35,129 bases of DNA from Candidatus Micrarchaeota archaeon (GTDB lineage: Archaea; Micrarchaeota; Micrarchaeia; Micrarchaeales; CABMGC01), in assembly GCA_027366155.1 (NCBI GenBank), contig DAHXKV010000002.1, forward strand, positions 1 to 35,129, read 5' to 3'. Below the pieces are notes generated by a model. The model was given only the letters and a program-made list of their open reading frames with translations. It was not told the origin of the DNA and did no database searches. Below, piece after piece: positions 1 through 8,048 of the stretch; within the stretch, counting starts at the first letter, position 1; every line of letters starts with the position of its first letter. Position numbers and translations under genes: made by a program.

Positions 1-1
1 A

Positions 2-2443
2 TTCAACAACTACTGGAACTTCGCAGGAACAAGCCTTCCTACGGGCTGGACCTCGGCAACAACGCCAGGCTCAGGAAACACGGTAACAGTCAGCAACGGC
101 CTGCAGTTATATGTCTCCGGAGGTCCATCAAGCGGCGGAAGTCAGCAACCGGCATACGCCTATACTATGTACACAACTCCAATATCCAACTCAAACACCA
201 TGGTGGAAGAAGCCTCTGGATACCTGAACAACGACTATGTTCCAGGATACGACTATGTTGTCTTCTCTCCAACAGGATACTTCACCGAAACAACCGGAAT
301 CACTACAAGCAATCCCCTCTCCGTATTTGACCAGTACAAAGGACTAACCCTTCAGGAGGTGAGCGGTGGACAGAACTTCTACATGCAGGACAACAGCGGA
401 ACAGTTACTTACCTTTCTGCACCACCATGGATATCCAATCAGAACCCCCCTCTCTCAGTCTATTCAACCGTAATCGAGAACAGCTCGATAACGGGAAGCA
501 GCAGCGACTTTGCATACCTCAATTATACCGAAATCGGCAGCATATCCGCAAGCACGCCAAGCAGCAGCTATGTAGGAACCGGGCTAACCTTGGATTTCGA
601 TAACGGCCCCGCGCAGGAAAACCTTTACTGGATACGCACCAGGGACCTTCCCCCTAACGGCGTGATGCCTGTTGTTATCATAGGCTCCCAGTCTCAAGCC
701 TCAGACGTATTCGACCTAAGCGGACATAATTACACCGGTACTGGAACCTACGTTTCTCTAACTGCAAATCCAAACTCATCAATTTATTTTGGAGGTATTT
801 CAAAGCCGAGCAACAGCGGGAACCAGATCACCTTGAAGCTTCCTACCGGAATATCTTATTTTGTCCCAGTAAACATAATAAACTCCCAATCAATAAGCTC
901 GTCGAATAACTTCCAGCAGATGGTTACTGTCGACAGCGCAGCATACTCGTCGTACGAAGCTTCAAACCTCCAGAACATTGAGTTCTTCTACGCAAACGGC
1001 ATCATAATAAACTCATGGCTCGAGAGCGGCAACTCTAACGCCGCAACCAATACAATATACTGGCTGAAGATAGGCCCGCAGATACCTGCCTCGAACCGCC
1101 TCACAGTATACATGGGCTTCGCCTCTCAGTCAACAAACCTCTTCAACACTGCAACCACCGGCGAAGCACCGGAGCTGACCTGTTCCAACCCCTATGTTAC
1201 GGCAAAATGCTCCAACTATGCAGAGTACGACAACGGAGCAAACGTTTTCAATTTCTACACCAACTTCGCCGGTTCAAGCCTCCCATCCAACTGGAAAGAC
1301 ATCAATGGTGTGCAATACGTTGTAGCCAACGGCATCCAGATTACTGGCTATCCGAATGGCAATTCATACATAAACGCAACAATACCTGCATTCCAGCAGG
1401 GCAATGTAATCGATGCTTTAACTATCTTCTCGCCTTCTTATGATGAAAACTTTGAATTCGGAGGCATAGGCAACGGGGGCATTCAAGGCGGCAACGTGCT
1501 CGGGCTTTACGGGTTTGGCGCAACCGGCGAAGGCTACGAGCCGTTGTTCGCTTCTAGCTCCGCATCTGTTGGAACTAACTATCCATATCCCCCAACTGCA
1601 AATGCCCCACAGGTCTTTTCGGTCGTCTACAATGCAAGCATTGTCAATGACGGCATATACGACACAGTCTCTCTATGGAACTATACGAATCCGTATCCGT
1701 ACCCGGGCCAATATGGAGCCTCATATCTCTATCCTTCCGGAAATCCGATGTTTCCTGCTGTGGCTGGAACCTACTACGGGGCGCAAAATCCAACAGACCA
1801 GAATACTACATGGATAAGGGTGAGGACAAACCCTCCAAAAGGAGTCATGCCCTCTGTCACATTCGGGCCGGTGAGTTCCTACAAGACACTGTCCCTATAT
1901 TCCCTTTCGGGATCTGTCATTTCGCTACCGTCAAACAGCTTTTCCTCCAACTCCATATTCATAGAGCCGCAGAACACTGGCATGACTGCCTCATTGAACT
2001 TCATGATGTCCGAACAGCAGTCCTCCGAGGCTTCAGCAAATGCAGTCATCCTCTCGACAAACAGCAATGCCCTCTGCGGCTACGCGCTCACCATCGCATC
2101 CTCCAATTCGATTGACATGTCGGACAACTGCGGCGATTCCTACATTGGGACATACTCGTTCAAGCCGGATACATGGTACAACCTTGCGGTAACTATCTCT
2201 CCGGGCAGCAATGAACTCGAAACGTATTACGTTGACGGAACCGAGGTCAGCCAGGGGGCAAGCCCCTCATGGAACTCGGGAAACCTCTGGACAACCCTCT
2301 TCATCGGCGGGAACTTTGTCGGAGACATATACGGCATGCAGCTTTACAACTCAAGCCTCTCTCCGCAGCAGGTCTACCAACTGTATTCAGACACTCCGCA
2401 GTCGTACACTATTCAGACTGCCCAGCTCTCAAATGCGCCTTGA
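2..2443 (+). CDS. Large surface protein, 5'-truncated: two DUF2341-like/lectin-like modules plus a C-terminal LamG (ConA-like) domain
   Basis: Frame is open from base 2 (FNNYWNFAGTSLPTGW...), so the start lies outside the window. Module 1 ends WIRTRDLPPNGVMP. Module 2 runs FQQMVTVDS...IEFFYANG...SWLESGNSN...WIRVRTNPPKGVMPSVTFG. The C-terminus WYNLAVT...YYVDG...FVGDIYGMQLYNSSLSPQQVYQLY fits Laminin_G_3. Confidence 0.85.
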   Translation, partial: FNNYWNFAGTSLPTGWTSATTPGSGNTVTVSNGLQLYVSGGPSSGGSQQPAYAYTMYTTPISNSNTMVEEASGYLNNDYVPGYDYVVFSPTGYFTETTGITTSNPLSVFDQYKGLTLQEVSGGQNFYMQDNSGTVTYLSAPPWISNQNPPLSVYSTVIENSSITGSSSDFAYLNYTEIGSISASTPSSSYVGTGLTLDFDNGPAQENLYWIRTRDLPPNGVMPVVIIGSQSQASDVFDLSGHNYTGTGTYVSLTANPNSSIYFGGISKPSNSGNQITLKLPTGISYFVPVNIINSQSISSSNNFQQMVTVDSAAYSSYEASNLQNIEFFYANGIIINSWLESGNSNAATNTIYWLKIGPQIPASNRLTVYMGFASQSTNLFNTATTGEAPELTCSNPYVTAKCSNYAEYDNGANVFNFYTNFAGSSLPSNWKDINGVQYVVANGIQITGYPNGNSYINATIPAFQQGNVIDALTIFSPSYDENFEFGGIGNGGIQGGNVLGLYGFGATGEGYEPLFASSSASVGTNYPYPPTANAPQVFSVVYNASIVNDGIYDTVSLWNYTNPYPYPGQYGASYLYPSGNPMFPAVAGTYYGAQNPTDQNTTWIRVRTNPPKGVMPSVTFGPVSSYKTLSLYSLSGSVISLPSNSFSSNSIFIEPQNTGMTASLNFMMSEQQSSEASANAVILSTNSNALCGYALTIASSNSIDMSDNCGDSYIGTYSFKPDTWYNLAVTISPGSNELETYYVDGTEVSQGASPSWNSGNLWTTLFIGGNFVGDIYGMQLYNSSLSPQQVYQLYSDTPQSYTIQTAQLSNAP
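911..1164 (+). repeat. Copy A of conserved surface-protein constant block
   Basis: Aligns without gaps to 31549-31802 (about 16 mismatches in 254 by hand count) and to the reverse complement of 34285-34538. Confidence 0.95.
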
Positions 2444-2451
2444 GCCACTGC

Positions 2452-3333
2452 CTAACTTTTTGGGAGAACAAAGGCGTATCCCAGTGCCATGAATATGAGC
2501 TTGGCAACAAGGTAGTTCGGTGCAACAATCCCTCCAATGGGCAGGAGCTCGGTGAAATCCATGCCTATTGTTTCCTTACGGCTCAGCACCCCTCTCAGTA
2601 TGGAGGTTAGCTCTCCAAAGCGCAGGCCGTCAGGCTCCGGGGTCCCTGTGCTCGGCATCTCGCTTGGGTCCAGCACATCTAAGTCTATTGTAAGGTATAT
2701 TCTATCGCGCGTGTTCCTGCAGATTCTCTCGACTATCTCATCGGTATTCATCGCGCGCATATCCTTCCTGAAGAGCATTCTCCCGCCGAGATTCCTCGCA
2801 TCCTCCATGCTCACGCTTCTGACACCTACGCTGTATACGCTGCCGCAGATCTCCATTGACCTGGCGGTAACGCACGCATGCGAATACCTGCTTCCCATGT
2901 ACTCGTTCCTGGAGTCGGAATGGGCATCGAAATGCAAAACGCTGAACTCCCTTGACTTTTCGGCAAGCGCCATCTGCGCGCCAACTGTTACGGAATGCTC
3001 GCCGCCGATGAGCAGGGGTATTTTCTTGTCGGCAACTATGTTGGAAACCTCCTTCTTTATCCTCAGGATAGTCTCTTCTGCAGAATTTACGTTTGGCTCG
3101 AGCTCGTCGAGCGTGTATATGCCCAGCTCCGTCACGTCGGCGTCAAGCTCCTCGCTGTAGAACTCCATGTTCCTGCTTGCCTCTATGACTGCATGCGGCC
3201 CCTCCCTCGCGCCTGCACGGTAGCATGTGGTGGAATCATAAGGCACAGGCAGCACTGCGACCCGTGCATCCTTGTAATCAAGCCCGCGCACGCCAAAAAG
3301 CGTGTATGGCGGCATTGCATTCAGTATCTCCAT
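2452..3333 (-). CDS. speB: Agmatinase (ureohydrolase family)
   Basis: Motifs VPYDSTT, GAREGP, GGEHS, DAHSD, DLDVLDP, TGTPEPDG. Start moved to MEILNAM at 3333. Confidence 0.92.
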   Translation of the reverse strand: MEILNAMPPYTLFGVRGLDYKDARVAVLPVPYDSTTCYRAGAREGPHAVIEASRNMEFYSEELDADVTELGIYTLDELEPNVNSAEETILRIKKEVSNIVADKKIPLLIGGEHSVTVGAQMALAEKSREFSVLHFDAHSDSRNEYMGSRYSHACVTARSMEICGSVYSVGVRSVSMEDARNLGGRMLFRKDMRAMNTDEIVERICRNTRDRIYLTIDLDVLDPSEMPSTGTPEPDGLRFGELTSILRGVLSRKETIGMDFTELLPIGGIVAPNYLVAKLIFMALGYAFVLPKS

Positions 3334-3443
3334 TAAAACGATATTATATTGCCGGTCAAGGTCTAAAAAGCTAATGCAGCATCCACGAGCCAATGTTTAT
3401 AATTATGAAGCGCCATAGGATAATCTGTGAATGGGGCATCTCC

Positions 3444-4559
3444 ATGAACGGGAACAACTGCCAACGCAGAAGCATCACGCCAAACAGGCACGGCGCACTC
3501 ATATTCCTAATACTGTCAGTGCTCGTGCTGCCGCTGGCATACGCGCAGGCGGCCACAGCAATACAGTCCCAGATATGCGGCATAATCTCGATAATAAGCT
3601 CGGTAGTAGGCATACTGGCCATATTCCTCTTCGTAGTCGGCGCCCTCCTCTACTCATTAGCGCACATCTTCCCTGCCGCAGGCAACCTCAAGGGCAGCGC
3701 ACAGGGCTGGGGCATCGGTATGATAATAGGCGGGATAATCGGCATAGTCCTATACATACTCTCCTCATTCATAATCTACAGGCTTGCTTCATTCAGTGGC
3801 AACAGCAGCATACCTGCAATCACCCAGGTTGACTGCAACTCGCAGGCAACGACCACTGCCGCATCGTCTGCCCAACAGCCTCCTCCGGTATCGGTACTCT
3901 CTCAAACAAATTCCACCTCAAAGGCCGCCCGGTCTGGTGCTGGGGGCCTATATGCAATAAACAGCAAGAGCACCTCTGCGCCTCTCCAGTCTGCCAGCAT
4001 GCCACGATGCCAATACTACGGCTCCCAGGTAATAAACGGCGACTTCGGCTACGGAAATTATTCGGGATGGACCGAATCGGGCACTGGCTTCGGCTCCTCT
4101 CCTGTTAACCTGAGCGTTGCGGATTCTGAAGGAAATTACTACCTGGGGAAATGGTCCGGATATTCGGGGGCTTACTTTGCGACTACCTTCTCTAAAACGG
4201 CTTCTGAGTCGCCGGCCAGCCTGACTTCAGAGCCCTTCCTTGTGACTGCCCCATACCTCAACTTCAAGATAATCTCCCCGTACAATCTGGGGATATACCT
4301 GGAGGTTCTATCCTCAAACTCCGTCCTGCTCACCATTCACTACAACACGACAAATGGCCAGGGTTCGTATCCTCCTGGCACGTTTGCCAACGCAAGCATA
4401 TACCTGGGATCACTGATGTGCAGAAATGCAAGCATATCCATAGTCTCACAGTCAGCCGGAAGCCCAGGAGGCAGCCAGTTCATAGCCGTTGGCGACTTCC
4501 ATCTGAGCAACTATTCCGACTCAACGCCGGGCATACTCGAAAACAGCACTGTATCATAG
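3444..4559 (+). CDS. Membrane protein with a VirB2/TrbC-pilin-like N-terminus, S/T/A/P linker and C-terminal carbohydrate-binding-like jelly-roll domain
   Basis: Signal-like segment ending AYA-QA, two hydrophobic helices separated by HIFPAAGNLKGSAQGW, then NGDFGYGNYSGWT...SEPFLVTAPYLNF. TTTATAAT at about 3396. Start position uncertain. Confidence 0.6.
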   Translation: MNGNNCQRRSITPNRHGALIFLILSVLVLPLAYAQAATAIQSQICGIISIISSVVGILAIFLFVVGALLYSLAHIFPAAGNLKGSAQGWGIGMIIGGIIGIVLYILSSFIIYRLASFSGNSSIPAITQVDCNSQATTTAASSAQQPPPVSVLSQTNSTSKAARSGAGGLYAINSKSTSAPLQSASMPRCQYYGSQVINGDFGYGNYSGWTESGTGFGSSPVNLSVADSEGNYYLGKWSGYSGAYFATTFSKTASESPASLTSEPFLVTAPYLNFKIISPYNLGIYLEVLSSNSVLLTIHYNTTNGQGSYPPGTFANASIYLGSLMCRNASISIVSQSAGSPGGSQFIAVGDFHLSNYSDSTPGILENSTVS

Positions 4560-4663
4560 GCAGACGTGCTGCATTCGCATCAAAGCATATGCATGCTTCC
4601 TGCAGATGCCCCGGCTGGCCTACAGGCTTAATGCTTTAAAACCTTACATGCCCTATATAACGC

Positions 4664-5308
4664 ATGGACCTGCTCTCGAAATCTATAATAGCCGCAGCAT
4701 TCATAGTGGCGCTAATCTTCGCAGGCTATTATGTAATAGGTCATGTCTCATTCAGCAGGCAGGTCACAGAGCAGCAGGCAGTCTCACTGGTGATGCACGA
4801 CTTGCAGAACTCCTATCCAAACGCGCTGATAAACATCACAAACGTAACTCCTTCAGAATACCCCGGCAGCTGGCATCTTCTCGCATCAATAATCTTCAAT
4901 TCCACCTCGCCGTGCCCCTCGTACTACATCTATTCATTCGACTATCCAAAATACGGGTTTGTCTCAAGGATGGAAAACACTTATACCTCGGGATGCGAGG
5001 TGCTCGGAAGCTCCGGCGGCGGAAATGCGATCGGATCATACCCTGCCGCGATAACAGTCTCCTACGAGCACAGGAACTACACTGTACTGGGTCCGTTCAT
5101 AGAGAAGTATGGATTTGCCAACGTGACTGCGCACGCCACCTACTACCGATTCATCGATATACCTGGATGGAGCTGCGCAATAAGCGACTGCAACAACGTC
5201 TGGGTGGTGAATTACACTGCAGCAGGCCCTCCACAGCACAGCGTTGAGATATTCCTCTCGCAGGTAAACGGCTCAGTCCTCGCGCAGCTTCCCTCAAACT
5301 CTACCTGA
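4664..5308 (+). CDS. Hypothetical membrane-anchored extracellular protein
   Basis: N-terminal TM helix, several NxS/T sequons, Cys pairs. Confidence 0.7.
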   Translation: MDLLSKSIIAAAFIVALIFAGYYVIGHVSFSRQVTEQQAVSLVMHDLQNSYPNALINITNVTPSEYPGSWHLLASIIFNSTSPCPSYYIYSFDYPKYGFVSRMENTYTSGCEVLGSSGGGNAIGSYPAAITVSYEHRNYTVLGPFIEKYGFANVTAHATYYRFIDIPGWSCAISDCNNVWVVNYTAAGPPQHSVEIFLSQVNGSVLAQLPSNST

Positions 5309-5312
5309 ATCC

Positions 5313-5789
5313 TCAGGCGACAATCCGCCTGTGCATGCGCACCTGCCCGTCTCCCGCGGCTCCCTTCCTTTCCAAGACCTTGAAGCCTTTCCTGTAGAAA
5401 AAAGCCGCGGCACCGGCATTCGAGTCCATGACCTCTGCATAAGCCTCATCAACGCCCATTTTAATTGCCTCTTCGAGAGAGGCCATGAGCAGCATGCTGC
5501 CAATGCCTTTTCTCCTCTCCCCACGCGCAACCAGTATGCCCACAATCCCTCCCGCGGCTCCCTCCTTCACTATCTCGCACTCGCCGATTATCCTGCCGCT
5601 CTCTTCAGCGACAAGATCGACCATCTCTCCAGCCATGATGCCTACCAGCTTTGCCTTGAAAATTTCAGAGAAGCTCTTCCTGTCCTTTATCCTTCCCGGC
5701 ACCAGCGCATCGGGTCTTTCTCCCATCATCTCCTTTACAAGAGAAAAAATACCGTCAGCGTCACCGAAGTCAAGCCTCCGTATCTCCAT
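5313..5789 (-). CDS. GNAT family N-acetyltransferase
   Basis: Acetyl-CoA motif A VARGERRKGIGSML and N..A..FFYRKGF. Confidence 0.88.
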   Translation of the reverse strand: MEIRRLDFGDADGIFSLVKEMMGERPDALVPGRIKDRKSFSEIFKAKLVGIMAGEMVDLVAEESGRIIGECEIVKEGAAGGIVGILVARGERRKGIGSMLLMASLEEAIKMGVDEAYAEVMDSNAGAAAFFYRKGFKVLERKGAAGDGQVRMHRRIVA

Positions 5790-5848
5790 CTTACCAGTTC
5801 AGATGATCCAAGACAAGTCTTTTAATCTTATTATTCCTATGCTTCTTC

Positions 5849-6043
5849 ATGGCAATGAATGCCCTGGCTGCAAAGCGTATGCTTAAGGATTCCGGCGCGA
5901 AGAGGGTAAGCGCAGATGCCGCCGAAGAGCTGGCCGAGGCAGTAAACAAGTACGCCTATTCCATAGCTAAAAAGGCGGTGAGCCTCTCTGCACATGCAAA
6001 GCGGCGCACGGTGAAGAAGGCTGACATTGAGCTTGCAAAATAA
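5849..6043 (+). CDS. Archaeal histone (HMf family)
   Basis: [20 protein letters not shown]...[17 protein letters not shown] histone fold. TTTTAAT box about 25 bp upstream. Confidence 0.93.
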   Translation: MAMNALAAKRMLKDSGAKRVSADAAEELAEAVNKYAYSIAKKAVSLSAHAKRRTVKKADIELAK

Positions 6044-6047
6044 GCAG

Positions 6048-6332
6048 CTAAGCTGCAAGCATGCCCATGGCCTTGAGGATGGCCATCGTTCCAACTGCAG
6101 GAAGGCCGAATATCGCCGTTGCTATTATGACTGGAAGTACCAGCGGTATTGCAATGCCGAAGAAATAGTTCAGGGCGAAAATGGCAATGAAGCCCAGTAT
6201 GCTGTTTATGACTATGCCGAAGACCCACTTCAGTATTCCCTTGCCTATCTTGAGTATAAAGTATATGAGCCCTAAGATGACCAGCGCGACAATCGCATAG
6301 GCGACGAGGCTCATCATGCTGGGCAATGCCAT
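6048..6332 (-). CDS. BofA-like small membrane protein (pro-sigmaK processing inhibitor family)
   Basis: Three hydrophobic segments with INSILG...N...G..IP....TAIFGLPAVG pattern. Confidence 0.75.
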   Translation of the reverse strand: MALPSMMSLVAYAIVALVILGLIYFILKIGKGILKWVFGIVINSILGFIAIFALNYFFGIAIPLVLPVIIATAIFGLPAVGTMAILKAMGMLAA

Positions 6333-6343
6333 TACATCACAAG

Positions 6344-6370
6344 TATTAAATAGCTGGAAACGATTAATAA
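6344..6370. promoter_or_regulatory. Divergent TATA-like boxes for rnpB (+) and the BofA-like gene (-)
   Basis: ATTAAATA at 6345-6352 lies about 25 bp before the RNA 5' end. TTATTAAT on the minus strand (6363-6370) lies about 30 bp before ATG 6332. Confidence 0.55.
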
Positions 6371-6373
6371 CCC

Positions 6374-6608
6374 TGTGGTGTGCGGATGGCTTACGGTCAA
6401 CATGACTGAGGAAGCTCTCTCCATGCTAAGGTCGCGAGGCCCAAGGCCCCATTCGGAGCAGAAACGAACCGCTGCGGCAAAACGGCTATGACAATACGAG
6501 CCGCCGGTGCGGATGAAACGTGCCGATGCGCGCCCGATGTGCATGCAAGGCAAAACGCCGCTTAGTCGAATGCCATCTAAAACAGAAGAGGGGCTACGGC
6601 ACACCACA
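6374..6608 (+). ncRNA. rnpB: RNase P RNA, compact type-M-like
   Basis: Perfect 10 bp P1 (TGTGGTGTGC/GCACACCACA). P2 GATGGC/GCCATC. CR-I GAGGAAGCTCTCTCC (6408-6422) pairs with CR-V AACAGAAGAGGGGCTA (6581-6596). CR-II GCAGAAAC, CR-III GATGAAAC and the GCAAG junction are present. Confidence 0.93.
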
Positions 6609-6736
6609 CAATTCCGCATCTTCTCCTAGCACTGCATAAGAGCACCAGCAGGCAGCCAATGCCACTAACGCTTAATAACTTTCTCATGGAAATCAATACC
6701 AGCAAGGGCCCTGCACGGGCCTGAAAAGATGATTGT

Positions 6737-7156
6737 ATGGGTTTTGGAGGGATTGGGAGTTTGTTCGAAGAAATAAGCGGTGACGTCCAGCAGGGAAAAT
6801 CGATGCTTGGCGGTGCAGTTCCGGGGGCGAACACTGCCCAATACATGCAGCAGTCCTCGCAGCAGGCATCTTCCCAGCAGAGCGGCTCGGCTTCAACAGA
6901 CCAGCTCATGTTCGCCGCACTAACCGGAGACATAAAGACGATAAAGACCTTCCTTATCAGCAACCCGGACATAAATACAAAGGACAAGTCGGGACGCACA
7001 GCGCTCATATATGCTGCAATAGGCGCGAGCTCCGAGGCAATCTCATTCCTGCTGCAGAACAAGGCAGACCCTTCACTTATGGACAACTATGGGAAGACTG
7101 CGAAGGAGTATGTGCAGTTTATAGTGCCAAACCTGGTCAAGCTCTTTCCTGCCTAG
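6737..7156 (+). CDS. Ankyrin repeat protein with Q/S-rich N-terminal region
   Basis: LMFAALTGD...DINTKDKSGRTALIYAA...LLQNKADPSLMDNYGKTA. Confidence 0.9.
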   Translation: MGFGGIGSLFEEISGDVQQGKSMLGGAVPGANTAQYMQQSSQQASSQQSGSASTDQLMFAALTGDIKTIKTFLISNPDINTKDKSGRTALIYAAIGASSEAISFLLQNKADPSLMDNYGKTAKEYVQFIVPNLVKLFPA

Positions 7157-7159
7157 CCT

Positions 7160-8044
7160 CTACCTGTTCTCCTCCAGCATTCCGAGTATCTGTTCCTTGG
7201 TCGGGTTCCCCTGCTTAACCAGAGGCCCGTTCTTAAGCGTTATGTCCAGCTCCTCGTAAGAAGGCCTGTTGTTCTGGTAGAAAAGCCCTATCGGTATCTT
7301 CTCCCAGTTAGTCTGGAAGTCCTCCACTGCCTTTCCAAGCGCCTTTCCCAGGTCTGAAGGATCATGATTCGACTGGTCAAGCTTGTATATCCTGGGGCGG
7401 AACCAATCGTATGTATTGTCATGGTTGAATGTAACGCATGGGCTGAAAACATCAACCAGCGCAAAGCCCTTGTGCATTATTGCACCCTTTATCATCTCTG
7501 CAAGGTGGACTGTGTCTCCAGAGAAGCCCCTGGCAACGTACGTTGCGCCTGCGCTTATGGCAAGGGCAAGCGGATTGACTGGCATCTCTATGGCGCCGAA
7601 AGGCGTCGACTTGGTCTTGTGGCCCATCATCGCCGTAGGCGAGGTCTGCCCTGTAGTGAGTCCGTACGTCTCGTTATCCATCACTATGTATGTGAGGTTT
7701 ATGTTCCTCCTGGCCGTGTGCACCAGATGGCCTACGCCTATGCCATATCCGTCGCCGTCTCCGCCTGTGCCTATTACTGTGAGGTCATGGTTAGCAAGCT
7801 TCGCGCCGCTTGCTACAGGGAGCAGCCTTCCGTGAAGGCTGTGCATTCCGTATGTGCTGAAAGGCTGCGGCATAGAAGAACTGCACCCTATTCCCGAGAC
7901 TATCATCGCGTTGCTCTTGTCTACCTTAAGGTCCGTAAGGGCCTTCGTTATTGCGGCATATACTCCAAAGTCACCGCATCCCGGGCACCAGATAGGCTTT
8001 ACTCCTGATGAATACACCTGTTTTGTAGTCGCTTCTATTACCAT
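7160..8044 (-). CDS. korB: 2-oxoacid:ferredoxin oxidoreductase beta subunit
   Basis: WCPGCGDFG, SGIGCSS, GGDGD TPP motif, DNETYGLTTGQTSPT, SPCVTFN. Confidence 0.95.
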   Translation of the reverse strand: MVIEATTKQVYSSGVKPIWCPGCGDFGVYAAITKALTDLKVDKSNAMIVSGIGCSSSMPQPFSTYGMHSLHGRLLPVASGAKLANHDLTVIGTGGDGDGYGIGVGHLVHTARRNINLTYIVMDNETYGLTTGQTSPTAMMGHKTKSTPFGAIEMPVNPLALAISAGATYVARGFSGDTVHLAEMIKGAIMHKGFALVDVFSPCVTFNHDNTYDWFRPRIYKLDQSNHDPSDLGKALGKAVEDFQTNWEKIPIGLFYQNNRPSYEELDITLKNGPLVKQGNPTKEQILGMLEENR

Positions 8045-8048
8045 TGCA

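Noticed and set aside
6332-6619. 95 aa minus-strand ORF
   Set aside because: Antisense to the RNase P RNA and has no protein-like features.
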